Notes: generated by a model not told the origin, from the letters alone. A DNA stretch of 64,000 nt from Octopus vulgaris (GCA_951406725.2 OX597835.1:25606001-25670000); one strand, 5' to 3'. Counted from the first letter of the stretch, positions 1-13,078 are shown. Made by a program: numbers and translations.

Positions 1-339
1 CATAAAAACAATCTTGTCAGGACTTGTACCTCAGAGGGTAACTTTCTAGATGCAATCTAGAAAGTTGTGTGGAGAGGAGAGGCTGGTGTGCATAGGTGAC
101 TGCTGGTCTTCCCTAAAACAACCTTGCATGGACATGTGCTTCGGAGGGCAAATTTCTAGGTGCAATCCCTTGGTCATTCATGCCCAAAGGGAATCTTTTA
201 CTTTTTTTTTTTTTACCTTTACCTATGTAGGATGAAGTATTGAAAGCTGATAATGATGAACCTTATGAAGGAGATGATGGAGGACCAAGATCTACAGAAT
301 TGAGATCCTAAACCAAAGTGCCACATAAAAAGCATAGGT

Positions 340-515
340 GTTTGTGTTACATAAAAAGCACCCAGCGTACTCTGTGGAGTGGTTGGCATTAGGAAGGGCA
401 TCCAACTGTAGAAACAAAGCCGAAACAGACTATGGAACCAGTCAAGCTGTCCAACTCATGCCAGCATGGAAAACAGACATTAAATGTTGACTGTGGTGGT
501 GGTGATGATGATGAT
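340..515 (+). mobile_element. RTE-type LINE 3' UTR fragment with (GAT)n tail
   Basis: TTGGCATTAGGAAGGGCATCCA...CATGCCAGCATGGAAAACAGACATTAAA followed by TGA repeats; related tails recur at 56280-56700. Confidence 0.55.
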
Positions 516-703
516 GTATCTTTCTGCTTAGCAGTTCAGCAAAAGAGACTGATAGATTAATTACCAGACTTGAAGAATAAAAAGGGTATTGGGGTTGATT
601 TGAGTGCCATAATGTGGCAAAAGTCTTATGACTGAACCAACTGCAGATACACACACAGAAATGCTGTGCTTACAATAACAAAAGAGAAAAATGTAATACT
701 AAC

Positions 704-805
704 ATCAGTAACGGCTGAATACAGAGCAGACCAATCGACTTTGGAAATCATTCGACAAATGAATTCTTTGTTGAATTCTGCTTCTTTGATTTCTAACTTC
801 TTTGC
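704..805 (-). CDS. TRMT112: TRMT112 coding exon 2; gene continues beyond the left window edge
   Basis: TTCAG| acceptor. AKKLEIKEAEFNKEFICRMISKVDWSALYSAVTD matches the Trm112 EFNxxFxxRMIPKVxWxA motif. |GTTAGT donor; in frame with exon 1. Confidence 0.92.
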
Positions 806-1545
806 CTGAAAGAATACAGAACAGAACCAAGAATGAATCATAGAAAGCATTATTGAGAAAATGTTTTAATCTTCTAGCATTTAAACTGGGCCAAAATATT
901 TCACCTGTTTTATGTTCAAAGCTTTTGGATTTCATATTTAATATTTATTTTCTAAAGCCAAGTACTTATTCTATCAGTCCCTTTTAGCTGAATAGCAAAG
1001 TTACTAGGACGTAAACACACCAACACCGGTTGTCAAACGGTAGTGGACACACACACACATATATATACACGACAGGCTTCTTTCAGTCTACCAAATTTAC
1101 TAATAAGGTTTTTGTCGGCCAGAGGCTATAGTAGAAGACACTTGTCCAAGGTGCCACGCAGTGGGACTGAACCTGGAACCATGTAGTTAGGAAGCAAGTT
1201 TCTTACCACACGGCTAGTATATTCCTCTCCGGGAAATCTATAACCGTTCAGTAGATAGTACAATATTTGCTGGTTACAAATAAAACCGTAAAATATAATA
1301 CTATTGAAAAGGTTGCAAGAGGCAACGAAAATAAGAAAAAAGTGGAAATTTTGTGAGTGTGTTAAATTATAAGGCACAAAAAGAAAATGACTCTCCCTAG
1401 ACACAACAACAGAATAATAATACGACTTATATTTGAAAATAACGGGCGATTACAAAATGTTAAACTATTGTGCCAAGATACCTTTCTTCTATTTGAGAAT
1501 CTGTTTTGTTTTCACAAGTTACTTAACCTTCATTAATTCGACTAT

Positions 1546-1950
1546 ACTCTTTACTCTTTTACTTGTTTCAGTCATTTGACTGTGGTCATGCTGGAGCACC
1601 GCCTTTAATCGAGCAACTCGACCCCGGGACTTATTCTTTTGTAAGCCCAGTACTTATTTTATCGGTCTCTTTTGCCGAACCGCTAAGTAACGGGGACATA
1701 AACACACCAGCATCGGTTGTCAAGCAATGCTAGGGGGACAAATGCAGACACACAAACACACACACGCATATATATATACATATATACGACGGGCTTCTTT
1801 CAGTTTCCGTCTACCAAATCCACTCACAAGGCATTGGTCGGCCCGAGGCTATAGTAGAAGACACTTGCCCAAGATGCCACGCAGTGGGACTGAACCCGGA
1901 ACCATGTGGTTGGCAAACAAGCTACTTACCACACAGCCACTCCTGCGCCT
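1546..1950 (-). mobile_element. tRNA-derived SINE family A, full length
   Basis: Head GGCGCAGGAGTGGCTGTGTGGTAAG with B box GGTTCAGTCCC, internal microsatellite, (AAAGAGTA)n tail; more than 10 related copies in the window. Confidence 0.85.
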
Positions 1951-2099
1951 ACGTTTAATATATTACGTCACTTTCGTTTTATACTGAAAATCAAGGAAGT
2001 ACTCATTCGACATATCACCAGAGTTACTGACTGACAAACATGAAAGTTTTTTTTGTCTTTTATAAAGCCATGCCTATTCCACATTTTTTTAGGAGAGGG

Positions 2100-2410
2100 T
2101 AGCCACAACAAGAAACACATTAGGCATTCCATTCATTTCCCAACTCAAAGAGGCGAGCCCTGTTCTATGCTCGGGTCAAGGCATAGAAAGGCAACCCCCA
2201 ATACAAAGCAGCGGGGCCCGACAGCATAGGTTGGTTTGCCCCCGCTGCATCATGCCGGTTCCGTATCCCTTTGAGCAACATCAGATTCACTCATCCATCC
2301 ACAAACACTCTCCAAGCTTTCCTATCATTTATAAACTCTCTTGCCTCTCTCACCCCAACATCGCTAACCACCAAAGCTTTTCTCACTCCATCCATCCATT
2401 CATCCACACA
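2100..2410 (-). mobile_element. RTE LINE ORF C-terminus plus structured 3' UTR
   Basis: Minus strand reads WMDGVRK/ALVVSDVGVREAREFINDRKAWRVFVDG* (one frameshift), the typical RTE W.DGV...DR..WR end. Confidence 0.6.
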
Positions 2411-2502
2411 AACCGAGGTGGATTTCTAAATTCGAAAGATCACCGCAATGTTAACAAAATAATATAACTAGTACTATATTACGAGAGGTGTGCTAAAAAC
2501 GG

Positions 2503-2801
2503 TAGTACTACTTAAGAAGAGTGATCCCGGTGCGCGCACTCAAGTACTTGCGCATCCGAGCTAGCTAGTCGTGACTAGTCGATCCTACAACGACTACCTA
2601 GCAAAGTAAATAAAACACAAAATAAATAATTTTTTTTACACAAAGTAAATAATATTTTAAACAAAACAAAAACACAAAGTAAATAATTTTATAAAGAAAG
2701 TAAATAAAACACAAAAACACAAAGTAAGGATCGACTATTCACGACTAGCTAGCGCGGATGCGAGAGTACGCGCACCGGGACCACTCTTCTTGAGTAGTAC
2801 T
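2503..2801. mobile_element. Foldback MITE in TRMT112 intron
   Basis: About 75-85 bp terminal inverted repeats (AGTACTACTTAAGAAGAGTG...GATCCT) around A-rich CAAAGTAAATAA tandem repeats. Confidence 0.75.
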
Positions 2802-3577
2802 GCTAAATCTTCTTAAGTACAACAGCTAAATCGCTCTTAAACCACACAAATGTTTTTGCATAATCGTATGAATTCCCGTGTGTAGAACACAAATTCACAA
2901 AATTTTTCTAAAAATTCTCCACCCCACAAAATAAAGGAATAAAAGTTATGAAGGGCTATACAGGGTGCTTAAACCATAATTGCCTAAATATTTATTTATT
3001 ATTATTAAGATGGTAGGATATGCTTTTGTAGAAGACATCCACGTTCGGCACGAAGTGTTCAAAACAAAATATGAGCACGTGTTTAAAACGATAAAGACAC
3101 GACGAGTCTTTGAGCGGCGGATTACGGGCAATCTGCAACCCGACGGACTTTCTGAATGGCACACCAACGAAAAAAATTACATAGAATTTCTTTTTTTAGT
3201 AGTGCAGCCCGCCCGATGATGAGCCCATGTCTCATGCGGCCCGCTTCTTGGAAAAGGTGGCCCACGCTGGTTTCACGTTGCCAGTCTACCTCCGAGAAAT
3301 AACAGCCAAATCTCACCCAAACGTCTTTAAAAAAAAAACAAAAAAAAAAAAACAGAATAAAAATAAGACACGATATTAGATTATGGGTACTATTAGCGAA
3401 CAGTGGTCCCAGTAAAAAAAAAAAAAAAATCAATTAAAACTGGAGTGGTGGTCACGGAAAAATGCATCGTCGATTCGTTGACCGGGGGTTAAACAATAAC
3501 CAATACAGCCGCAACAAAACGCAAATATATTCAGATATGGGAATGAATAAGAGACAATTATGATTGAGGCTACTTAC

Positions 3578-3655
3578 TGTAATACCCAGCGGGTAGCCTT
3601 TCAGTACCCCTTTAATAATTGTAGAGGTTAACATGTTGTGGGTGAGCAACTTCAT
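3578..3655 (-). CDS. TRMT112: TRMT112 (multifunctional methyltransferase activator Trm112), coding exon 1
   Basis: Translates MKLLTHNMLTSTIIKGVLKGYPLGIT, matching the conserved Trm112 N-terminus (MKLLTHNxL...GxPL). Ends at ACA|GTAAGT donor, phase 0. Confidence 0.93.
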
Positions 3656-3974
3656 GCTGGAAACTTACAATACATATACAGGTAGAGCTAGCAGTTAGTT
3701 TAGCTGCTTTATTTCGTACTTTCAAAACTAAAATGTGAATCGCGCAGAGTTATTATGCTAGAAGCAAACTCCTATTTTAAAGTGCGATTTTAATGAGAAG
3801 TAAAATTTAGGGTTAATGTTTACTTTCACTTTCGGCCATCAAAAAGCAAAAAACAAAACAAAAACAACAAATGTAATAGGTGTAAAAAAAAGTGTATTAA
3901 ACGAATATAAAAATAAAAATTTGCGCCAACGAACCGGTGGGTAGGAAGAGGACTTTCGGAAAATTTTACAAGAT

Positions 3975-4602
3975 ACTTTACTTTACTTTTTTACTTGTTT
4001 CAGTCATTTCACTGCGGCCATGCTGGAGCACCGCCTTTAGTCGAGCAAATCAACCCCAGGACTTATTCTTTGTAAGCCCAGTACTTATTCTATCGTAAAC
4101 ACACCAGCATCGGATGTTAAGCGATGCTGTGGGGACAAACAGACACAAACATATACACACACACATACATATTTACATATATATACATATATATTTCTTT
4201 ACTACCCACAAGGGGCCAAACACAGACGGGACAAACAAGGACAGACAAAGGGATTAAGTCGATTCCATCGATCCCAGTGCGTAACTGGTACTTAATTTAT
4301 CGACCCCGAAAGGATGAAAGGCAAAGTCGACCTCGGCGGAATTTGAACTTAGAACGTAACGGCAGACGAAATACGGCTTCGCATTTCGCCCGGCGTGCTA
4401 CCGTTTCTGCCAGCTCGCCGCCTTCATTAAAAGATATCCATATATGTGACGGGCTTCTTTCAGTTTCCATCAACCAAATCCACTCACAAGGCTTTGGTCG
4501 GCCCGAGGCTATAGTAGAAGACACTTGCCGAAGGTGCCACGCAGTGGGACTGAACCCGGTACCATGTGGTTGGTAAGCAAGCTACTTACCACACAGCCAC
4601 TC
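3975..4602 (-). mobile_element. SINE family A with nested SINE family B (4192-4422) in its internal microsatellite
   Basis: Both halves of SINE A flank a complete SINE B copy. Confidence 0.85.
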
Positions 4603-5146
4603 GATGTTTTCCCTCATAACTTTTAGGAAAATGAATATCTTTTAATGAAATTTTATATAAATACCTTTCAAACGGCATAGATTACGAGTATAAAGAAATT
4701 TATGGGAAACTTTTTCCGTGGGGGTGGTGTGATGACTTTTGAAGAGAAAAAAATTCATAAATTATTTTTCTGCTTGAGTGTAAAGGAAATAAGTTTTAAA
4801 AAAATTGTTTTAGATTAATTTATTTTCCGTTTGAGTAAGAGAAAAAAAGGGTTTTTAAAAGATTCCATATATCATGGTGAGAGAAACAAATTCATAAATG
4901 CGGTGTTGAATATGGTTTCACTATGGAAGAAAAAATTAAAGGCGATTTAGCTGTTGTTTTTAGCACATCTCCGTTGGTGGGATCGTTTCTTGAAAACCCT
5001 TTTTTCTATTACTCAAACGAAAAATAAATGAATATAAAATTTTTTTTCAAACTTCTTCCCATTACACTCTAGTAAAAAACTAATTTATGAATTTCTTTCT
5101 CTTCAAAAATCATCTTCCCCCACATCCCTTCGAAAAAAAAAAAAAA

Positions 5147-5538
5147 GGATCTTTTCGGTTTGACCGGCAGTTTTTAAAAATAATTTCCACATAATTAAAC
5201 ACTTTTAAACTTCGTATACTGGTAGAATGTGTTTATAAAACACCTTTTTCTCTTGGCTTTATTGAGAAAATTCTATAGTTTGTAAGATATTTGTTGTTTT
5301 TTTCACCAATCAATGACGTCTATTGAAGTAAAAAACATTCTGTGCCGTATGAATATGTCCCTCGTTTAAGAAACAGATTGGGTTTATTTAAATTTCTGAA
5401 GAAAAAAAGATACCCTTCCCTCTAACCCTAACCCTAAAACAGATTGAAATGCAATAGATCGATACTAGGGTCATAATTATGGGTGACAATTTCATATGAC
5501 ACTGCTAGAAAAAACTGCCGTTCAAACCGAAAAGATCC
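5147..5538. mobile_element. Merlin-type MITE copy 1
   Basis: About 29-bp TIRs GGATCTTTTCGGTTTGA(A/C)CGGCAGTTTTT; internal CCCTAA repeats; opposite orientation to copies 2 and 3. Confidence 0.8.
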
Positions 5539-5955
5539 TAAAATGTCATTAAAAGATATCCATTTTCCAAAAAGTTATGAGGGAAAAAATCGGATCTTGT
5601 GAATTTTCCGAAAGTCCTTGTTTTCAAATTCGTTTAATACACATTTTTTAAACATCTATTACACTTGCTTTTTTTTTTTGGTGACCAGGAGTCAAAGTAA
5701 CTATTAACCAAATTTAATATCCCTCCCCTCAAAAGCTACGTTAATCTTTAAAAAGAAAACGAAAAAGCCAAACGATAAGGAAACGCACAGACAACGAAAC
5801 GATTTAATACACTGCTAGCAAGGAAGCTCATCGAATGGGTATGTGTACGTGTTTGAGGAGGTGGGTTACTGTGTTTTTATGTGTGTCAGTGTGTGTGTGT
5901 ATGAATGGGTGTGTCTATGTGTTTGAATATGTGTTTGTGTATGTGTGTGTGTATG

Positions 5956-6815
5956 CAGGGCTGGATTAAGACCCATCGAGGCCCTAAGCACTTAAAAGAT
6001 TTTGGTGCCCCCATAAAAGACAATGTAATTCAAAAGATAAACAATAACAAGCCATAAAATATATTTTTATTTTTCAAAATGAAACAAAACAAGAGGGAAA
6101 ATAATGTTTATTTTTGCGTACTTCTACTTTATTTATATTTGAAAAGTTTCCTCCTACTTTTTTGAATTGCAAAGTCTTTGATCAGATCCTCAAAATTAAT
6201 CTTAGGTAACACATCTGCATCTATACATAGTAGAGATAAAGGCATCCCGAATATTATTTTAGCAAGTTTAAAGTGATTTCTTTTGTGACGTAAACTATTT
6301 ACCATTTCTGTAGTGCCCCCTCTTTCCCTTGATGCCCCGAGCACGTGCTTATTTGGATCTTTTCGGTTTGAACGGCAGTTTTTTTCTAGCGGTGTCATAT
6401 GAAGTTATCACCCATAAGTATGACCCTAGTATCGATCTATTGCATTTTAATCTGTTTTAGAGTTAGGGTTAGGGTTAGGGGTGGGGGGAAGGGTATCTTT
6501 TTTTTCTTCAGAAATGTAAATAAACCCAATCTGTTTCTTAAACGAGGGACATATTCATACGGCACAGAATGTTTTTTTACCTCAATAGACGTCATTGATT
6601 GGTTGAAATTGCAGAAGCTGAAGAAAAACAACAACAGATATCTTACAAACTATAGAATTTTCTCAATAAAGCCAAGAGAAAAAGATGTTTTATAAACACA
6701 TTCTACCAGTATACGAAGTTTAAAAGTGTTTATAGTTACGTGGAAATTATTTTAAAAAACTGCCGTTCAAACCGAAAAGATCCGCTTGTTTTCCTTAATA
6801 GTTAATCCAGCGCTG
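5956..6815 (-). mobile_element. Non-autonomous hAT element with transposase C-terminal remnant
   Basis: TIRs CAGGGCTGGATTAA / TTAATCCAGCGCTG; 8-bp TSD TGTGTATG/TGCGTATG; remnant LSLLCIDADVLPKINFEDLIKDFAIQKSRR of the hAT dimerisation region. Confidence 0.8.
6355..6783. mobile_element. Merlin-type MITE copy 2 nested in the hAT element
   Basis: Same TIRs as copy 1; 8-bp TSD GCTTATTT/GCTTGTTT. Confidence 0.85.
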
Positions 6816-7119
6816 TGCGTATGTATCTTTGTGTTTTTAACTCCATTGATCGGAAGCCAGTATTGGTTTGTTTATATCCCCATCATCTGGCAGTTGGGCA
6901 AAACGTAACCGATGGAATATCTGATTGACTAAACATTTTGGATTTTTTTGCTTGGCTGCCATTCATGCCTGTTTCCATAGTAACAAGTCGAACACGAGAA
7001 CTCTTATGTCTGCGAGAAAACCACGTGCTGACAAATATATTGAAACTACTTGTTGATACTGTGTTCTACTGTTTTATATCCACCTGGAAATTTTACCGAT
7101 CTGGGAGTCTGTGTCAGCG

Positions 7120-8097
7120 ATGAAATACCCATGGTTTGAAAGTGGCACCCTTCCTTTTGCGACTATAGTGCTTTCCCTTTACATATGGGTTAAGGAATTG
7201 GCTTCAGTCAGGTTTTTTATTGAAGAACTGGGGATGTACCATTGCACATCTGTTGCTGTTGAGCGTTGCGGTCTTCGTCCTAGTGGGAGAAGTCCGAAAC
7301 GTGGTCCTTTGCTATTCGTAAGACCCGCAGAAGAGAAAGCAGGTCAACCCCCGACACCGAGAGCATCGACGGATGGATGAATGCGCATCTAGGCTCAGCG
7401 GTTGCGTAGGAAGTCAAAGACAAGAAACAGGAAGAAAGAGTGAGAGAAAGTTGGAGCGAAAGAGTACACCCGCTGCCGGTGCCTCGTGGAGCTTTAGGTG
7501 TTTTCGCTCAATAAACACACACAACACTCGGTCTGGGAATCGAAACCGCGATCCTCCGACCGTGAGTCTGCTGCTCTAACCATTGGGCCATTGCACCCCC
7601 ACTTGCACAGCTGTTGATTTTAACATCTATGTTAGGGAAGTATGTGCGGAGGACTTTCTCCGTCATCCAATTAAAGTTGGTGGTCATGGGAAGATTGTTG
7701 GAATCGATGAAACTGTCTTCTCAAGACGTAAGTACAACCGAAGAAGGGTCCTACCTGAACAGTGGATTTTCGGAGGAGTGAGTCGCGAGGTCAGACAAGT
7801 TTTTCTTTATGTAGTGCCATGCTGGAAAAATGCACACGTCGCTCGATTATTCCAGGAATCACAATTTTCAGTGATTTGTGGAGGACATACGCTCACATTC
7901 CTGAAATCGATGGTTACAATTTTGAGCACAGAACGGTGAACCACAGCGTTGGGTTTGTTAACTCGAAAGATGGTACCCACACTCAACAAGTGGAGAGTAT
8001 ATGGGCCTCTGTAAAGCGAGCTAATAAACGACGCTGTGGCACTCACCGTTCCATGGTAGATTCAAATCTCTGTGAATTTATGTGGTGCAGGAGATAA
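7120..8097 (+). pseudogene. Merlin/IS1595 (ISXO2-like) DDE transposase relic, frameshifted and SINE-interrupted
   Basis: WFESGTLP...ELGM | AVDFNIYVREVC...GGHGKIVGIDETVFSRRKYNR..QWIFGG, then IFSDLWRTY...HRTVNHS..FVN..GTHTQQVESIW..EFMW. Confidence 0.88.
7256..7602 (-). mobile_element. tRNA-derived SINE family C inserted in the Merlin transposase
   Basis: tRNA-like head (TGGCCCAATGG, GGTTTCGATTCCC); 14-bp TSD TTGCACA(T/G)CTGTTG; same body at 13729-13945. Confidence 0.8.
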
Positions 8098-8227
8098 AAT
8101 TGCGATTTTTTCGAGAAATGGAAAATTTTTACAATCACAAATTTACCCGAGAAATTGCTTGAATGCATTTTTAACTTTCGTTTTCAATGAACTGGTCAAC
8201 GGAATGTTGTTTTTTTTTTTAAATATT

Positions 8228-8638
8228 GGATCTTTTCGGTTTGAACGGCAGTTTTTTCTAGCGGTGTCATATGAAATTGTCACCCATAATTATGACCCTA
8301 GTATCGATCTATTGCATTTCAATCTATTTTAGGGTTAGGGGTGAGGGAAGGATATATTTTTTTCTTCAGAAATGTAAATAAACCCAATCTGTTTCTTAAA
8401 GGAGGGACATATTCATACGGCACAGAATGTTTTCACCTTAATAGACGTCAGTGATTGGTTGAAATTGCAGAAATTGAAGAAAAAACAACAACAAATATCT
8501 TACAAACTATAGAATTTTCTCAATAAAGCCAAGAGAAAAAGATGTTTTATAAACACATTCTACCAGTGTACGAAGTTTAAAAGTGTTTAGTTACGTGGAA
8601 ATTATAAAAAAAAACTGCCGTTCAAACCGAAATGATCC
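8228..8638. mobile_element. Merlin-type MITE copy 3
   Basis: Same TIRs; 8-bp TSD TAAATATT/TAAATGTT. Confidence 0.85.
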
Positions 8639-9010
8639 TAAATGTTTAATTTTTAATGTGCTATTTTGTTTTTAGATAAATCGTGCTATAAGTTTCTTAT
8701 TTTGGTAAATATTTAATCTTTAGTGCGCTGTTTATCGCATAAATGCATATCGAATGCGTAAATGTTTGTTTAAAAAATATTTAATTTGTAATGTTCTGTT
8801 TATCGCATCAAATGCACATTGAATTCTTAAAATTACAAAACACATATTGTTTACTCGTTTAGGTGGTTGTGAGGTGTGCTAAAAATAACAACCAAATGAC
8901 GTTTTTGGATAAATCTTTTAAGTTCGTGTTATCGCATTAAATGCATATGGAATCCTTAAAACTACAAAAGACTTGTTGTTTACTCGTTTTCCGTGCGTAG
9001 AATACAATTA

Positions 9011-9560
9011 GGATCTTTTCCCTTTGAACGGTAGATCGAGAAATTAATTTTTTGTAACTAAACACTTTCGAACTTCGGACACTGGTAGAATGTGTCATAT
9101 GAAACATCTTTTACTCTTAGGGTTTTTGAGAAAAGTTTATGTTTGCAAAGTTATTTCATGTTAAAGTTGTCGTATTTCGGTAATTCCAACCAATCAGTGA
9201 CGTGTATTCAGCTGAATAAAATTACTGCCGATGTTTGTCAACAACAACTATCAGCGGTGTATATTTCGTTTGTCACTGTAATTTATGACATCGTTCGTGC
9301 ATTTGTACTGGTTTTAGCTTTAAGGTTAGGGTTAGGGTTAGGGTTTTAGAGTTAGAGTTAGGGTTAGGGTTTTAGGGTTGGGATTAGGGTTAGGGTTGGG
9401 GTTTTAGGGTTAGAGTTACGGAAAAAATGAAAAATGAAGAAATTGGAGGGGTAGCGGTAGCGGGAGGGGGGGGGAAAGAGTCTTTCCGAAAATAGTAGCT
9501 GAAAAACAGGAAAAAAAACCCTTAAAAAACCCCCAAATTTTACATAGAATTCCTCCAAAC
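9011..9560. mobile_element. Related Merlin MITE subfamily fragment with degenerate (TTAGGG)n array at 9319-9420
   Basis: Starts GGATCTTTTCCCTTTGAACGG and shares ACTGGTAGAATGTG with the other copies; right TIR not seen. Confidence 0.65.
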
Positions 9561-10409
9561 AAGGAGGGGTTCAGTCGATTACATCCGCTCCAGTGCTCAA
9601 CTGGTATTTTTTTTCATCAACTCCTGAAAAGCTTAAAGGCAAAGTCGACCTCGGCGGAATTTGTACTCTGAATGTAAAGCCAGAAGAAATGCCGCCGAGA
9701 ATTTTGTGAACAGGTCGCGGTCTCAAAGCGACGAAAATATTTTAGTAGAATTTGAATCTAAAACGTACAGAGCCGGAAGAGGTGTCACTAAGCATTTTGT
9801 CCGACTCAGTGACGAGCCTTTTTATATATAGTGCTCAGATGTACTACAACACGTCGGAACCGAATATTATGATGTATAGGAAGCGGAGGAATTCAAATGG
9901 TTTTGTCGCTGAACCAAGTCGATGACTCGGTTGGCAGAGCCGGTAGACCGTCGGATAAAATGCACTGCGGTATTTTGCTCCCACTCTCGGTGCTCTGAGT
10001 TCGAATCCGGTTGGGGTCTTCTTTGCACCATGGACACACGTAGACATGCATTAAACACGCTATACACGTAAGCACAGGCTCGGGAACTGCTTGGTGGAAG
10101 CGCATCCCCTAAAATTTTTTTGAGGTCAATTATAAAGCTTTGAATATCTTTCGTTGGATCTGGGTTTGCACCCCTAAGCAAATTTCGTCCCTGCACTTAT
10201 GCACGTACATACACACAAACACTCACACACGTACACACTTTACACTCGCACACAGATACACATACACCCGATACACCCGTACCTACACACACACTATACT
10301 CCTACATATACACACACACTACACACATACACACACTCACGCATACACTACACATGTACACACACTGCTTTTATAAGGGTGATAGATTGACATAATTGTC
10401 TGGCCGTAA

Positions 10410-11008
10410 GGCGGCGAGCTGGCAGAATCGTTCGCACGCCGGACGAAATGCGTAGCCGTATTTCGTCTGTCGATACGTTCCGAGTTCAAATTCCGCCGAG
10501 GTCGACTTTGCCTTTCATCCTTTCGGGGTCGATAAATTAAATACCAGATACGCACTGGGGTCAATGTAATCGACTTAATCCTTTTGTCTGTCCTTGTTTG
10601 TCCCCTCTGTGTTTAGCCCCTTGTGGGTAGTAAAGAAATAGGTATTTCGTCTGTCTTTGTGTTCTGAGTTCAAATTCCGCCGAGGTCGACTTTGCCTTTC
10701 ATCCTTTCGAAGTCGATAAATTAAGTACCAGATACGCACTGGGGTCAATGTAATCGACTTAATCCTTTTGTCTGTCCTTGTTTGTCCCCTCTGTGTTTAG
10801 CCCCTTGTGGGTAGTAAAGAAATAGGTATTTCGTCTGTCTTTATGTTCTGAGTTCAAATTCCGCCGAGGTCGACTTTGCCTTTCATCCTTTCGAAGTCGA
10901 TAAATTAAGTACCAGATACGCACTGGGGTCAATGTAATCGACTTAATCCCTTTGTCTGTCCTTGTTTGTCCCCTCTGTGTTTAGCCCCTTGTGGGTAGTA
11001 AAGAAATA
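10410..11008 (+). mobile_element. SINE family B, one head plus three tandem bodies
   Basis: Head GGCGGCGAGCTGGCAGAA; about 184-bp unit containing GCCTTTCATCCTTTCGGGGTCGATAAATTAAGTACCAG (resembles the Meta/MESC domain); flanked by ATAATTGTCTGG direct repeats. Confidence 0.85.
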
Positions 11009-11599
11009 TAATTGTCTGGTCATCGGCTGGTATGTCTTGTAGTATCCGCCCTGGTACTGTAGGCTCTGAGTTCGAATTTCTGCTATCCCTTGTTAAACGA
11101 AAGACATCGAGGCAGTTAAAACATGGAAGTCAAAGTAAACTCTCCTAGGATTTGAACGCCGGACATCCCTGTTTTTCCTTACATTTACGTTATTTTAAAA
11201 AGAAACAACAAAAATATTTTATTCTGATCGTCTTTCTTTTATTATATAACCTTTAAGATTTTCTACTTCACCTAAATTTAACAGACCAAGCTTATCTCAT
11301 CTCATCTCTCTCTCTTTCTCTCTCTCTCGGTTTCTCTGTCTGTCTCTCTTTCTCTTTGTCTCTGTCTGTCTCTCTCTTTGTCTCTGTCTGTCTCTCTCTT
11401 TCTCCTACTTTCTCACACAAACTACATACCACACACACACACACACATACGCACTATGCATCACATACTTTACAGATGATTACGCGCGCACACACACAGC
11501 TATATTCTTCACCAGACTCTGCTGCTGCTGCCGCTGCTGCCGCTGCTGCCGCTGCTGCCGCTGCTGCCGCTGCTGCCGCTGCTGCCGCTGCTGCTGCTG

Positions 11600-11648
<49 letters not shown>

Positions 11649-11875
11649 ACGCTCGTGCGCGTGTGCTATGTACTACGCGCAAAACACTAACAAACGCACA
11701 CATACATGCACTAAACATACACACACACACACGAGTACACATATACTACACGGATACCCACCTCAGCACAAACATTCACACACGTACATACAGACATACA
11801 CACCCCACACGTAGATACCCCCCCTCCCCCACACGCTTTAGACAGGTACATACACACATACATCACATGTACATA

Positions 11876-12476
11876 CAGCCTTGGTCAAAAGTATTTGGCA
11901 ACCCCAATGTTTTGGGGTTTTGCTATTTCAATGTTAATGAAACTCGTGCACATGGTAGATTATGGTATATTTCACAATATTCATTAGTTTTAATATCTGG
12001 TTGACCCTCCTTTAGCATCAATTACCGCTTTTATACTGTATCGTACATATGCAACCAATTATGAGTAAGACCAATGTCCAAAACGAACTTATGTTTCCTT
12101 GATTATTTCAGAGTTTTATACTAAAATACGTTGTAGATAGAGTTAATAAACAGTAAAATGCCTAAAGCAAGGGAGTCGAGTGAGTGTGAGCGGGGTCAAG
12201 TCGTAGCTTATCATGAAGATGGAATGTCTCAAAGGCAAATTGCTCAGAGAGACAAAAGGTCTGAAGACGATACAAAGAACAGGTCGGAAAAAAAGGTTAC
12301 ATCATCTCATGATAACAGAGCCATCATCCGTCAGTCGCTCAGAAACAGGAGAAAAAACATCGTCGGAGCTCTGTGCGGATTTCAACGAGGCAAGTACTTC
12401 ACAAGTATCAACCAGAACTGTTAGAAGAAGGCTTTTAGAGTACGGTCTGAAATACTGTAATGCTGTGGGTTTCTGA
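11876..12476 (+). mobile_element. Tc1-like transposon 5' fragment
   Basis: TA-CAGCCTTGGTCAAAAGTATTTGGCAAC end; frameshifted paired-like HTH (MPKA..ERGQVVAYHEDGMSQRQIA..GRKK..VSTRTVRRRLLEYGL). Confidence 0.8.
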
Positions 12477-12748
12477 AGCGAATATGGGACAACGTCTTCA
12501 GTGCCTTGGGGCACTGGAAAAAAAGTTTCCCACACTTGCGTTACATGGTTGCTCGACTTGCTAGAAATTATGGACGAAATCTCTCTCAAATCAAATTCTT
12601 CTGACTTAAAACTAATACATTATATATAGGACGTCACCAACGGTTCAAACAACATGGAATACATAACCAGCGAGAAAAAAAGGAGAACAGGACAAGTAAA
12701 CACAGAGAACGGACCCTTCATCAGTTGTCGGCTATCTATTTACTCCTC

Positions 12749-12806
<58 letters not shown>

Positions 12807-12814
12807 TGTATACA

Positions 12815-12883
<69 letters not shown>

Positions 12884-12936
12884 CAATATATATATATATA
12901 TATATATATATAGATGTATACACACTATATATATAT

Positions 12937-12985
<49 letters not shown>

Positions 12986-13033
12986 TATACACACTATATA
13001 TATATAAATACATACATATATATATATATATAT

Positions 13034-13076
<43 letters not shown>

Positions 13077-13078
13077 CC

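Larger units (their letters stand above)
3780..5740. mobile_element. Large diverged foldback element interrupted by SINEs and a Merlin MITE
   Basis: 3780-3974 plus 4603-4865 match the reverse complement of 4980-5140 plus 5540-5740 (e.g. TTCCCTCATAACTTTT / AAAAGTTATGAGGGAA; GGACTTTCGGAAAATT / AATTTTCCGAAAGTCC). Confidence 0.7.

Noticed and set aside
2150-2265. Two hairpins with an ANANNA hinge resembling an H/ACA snoRNA
   Set aside because: Antisense to the host TRMT112, no ACA box, and directly follows an RTE ORF stop on the minus strand, so read as LINE 3' UTR.
9319-9420. Telomere or chromosome fusion site
   Set aside because: Short, degenerate, single orientation and embedded in a MITE-like element.
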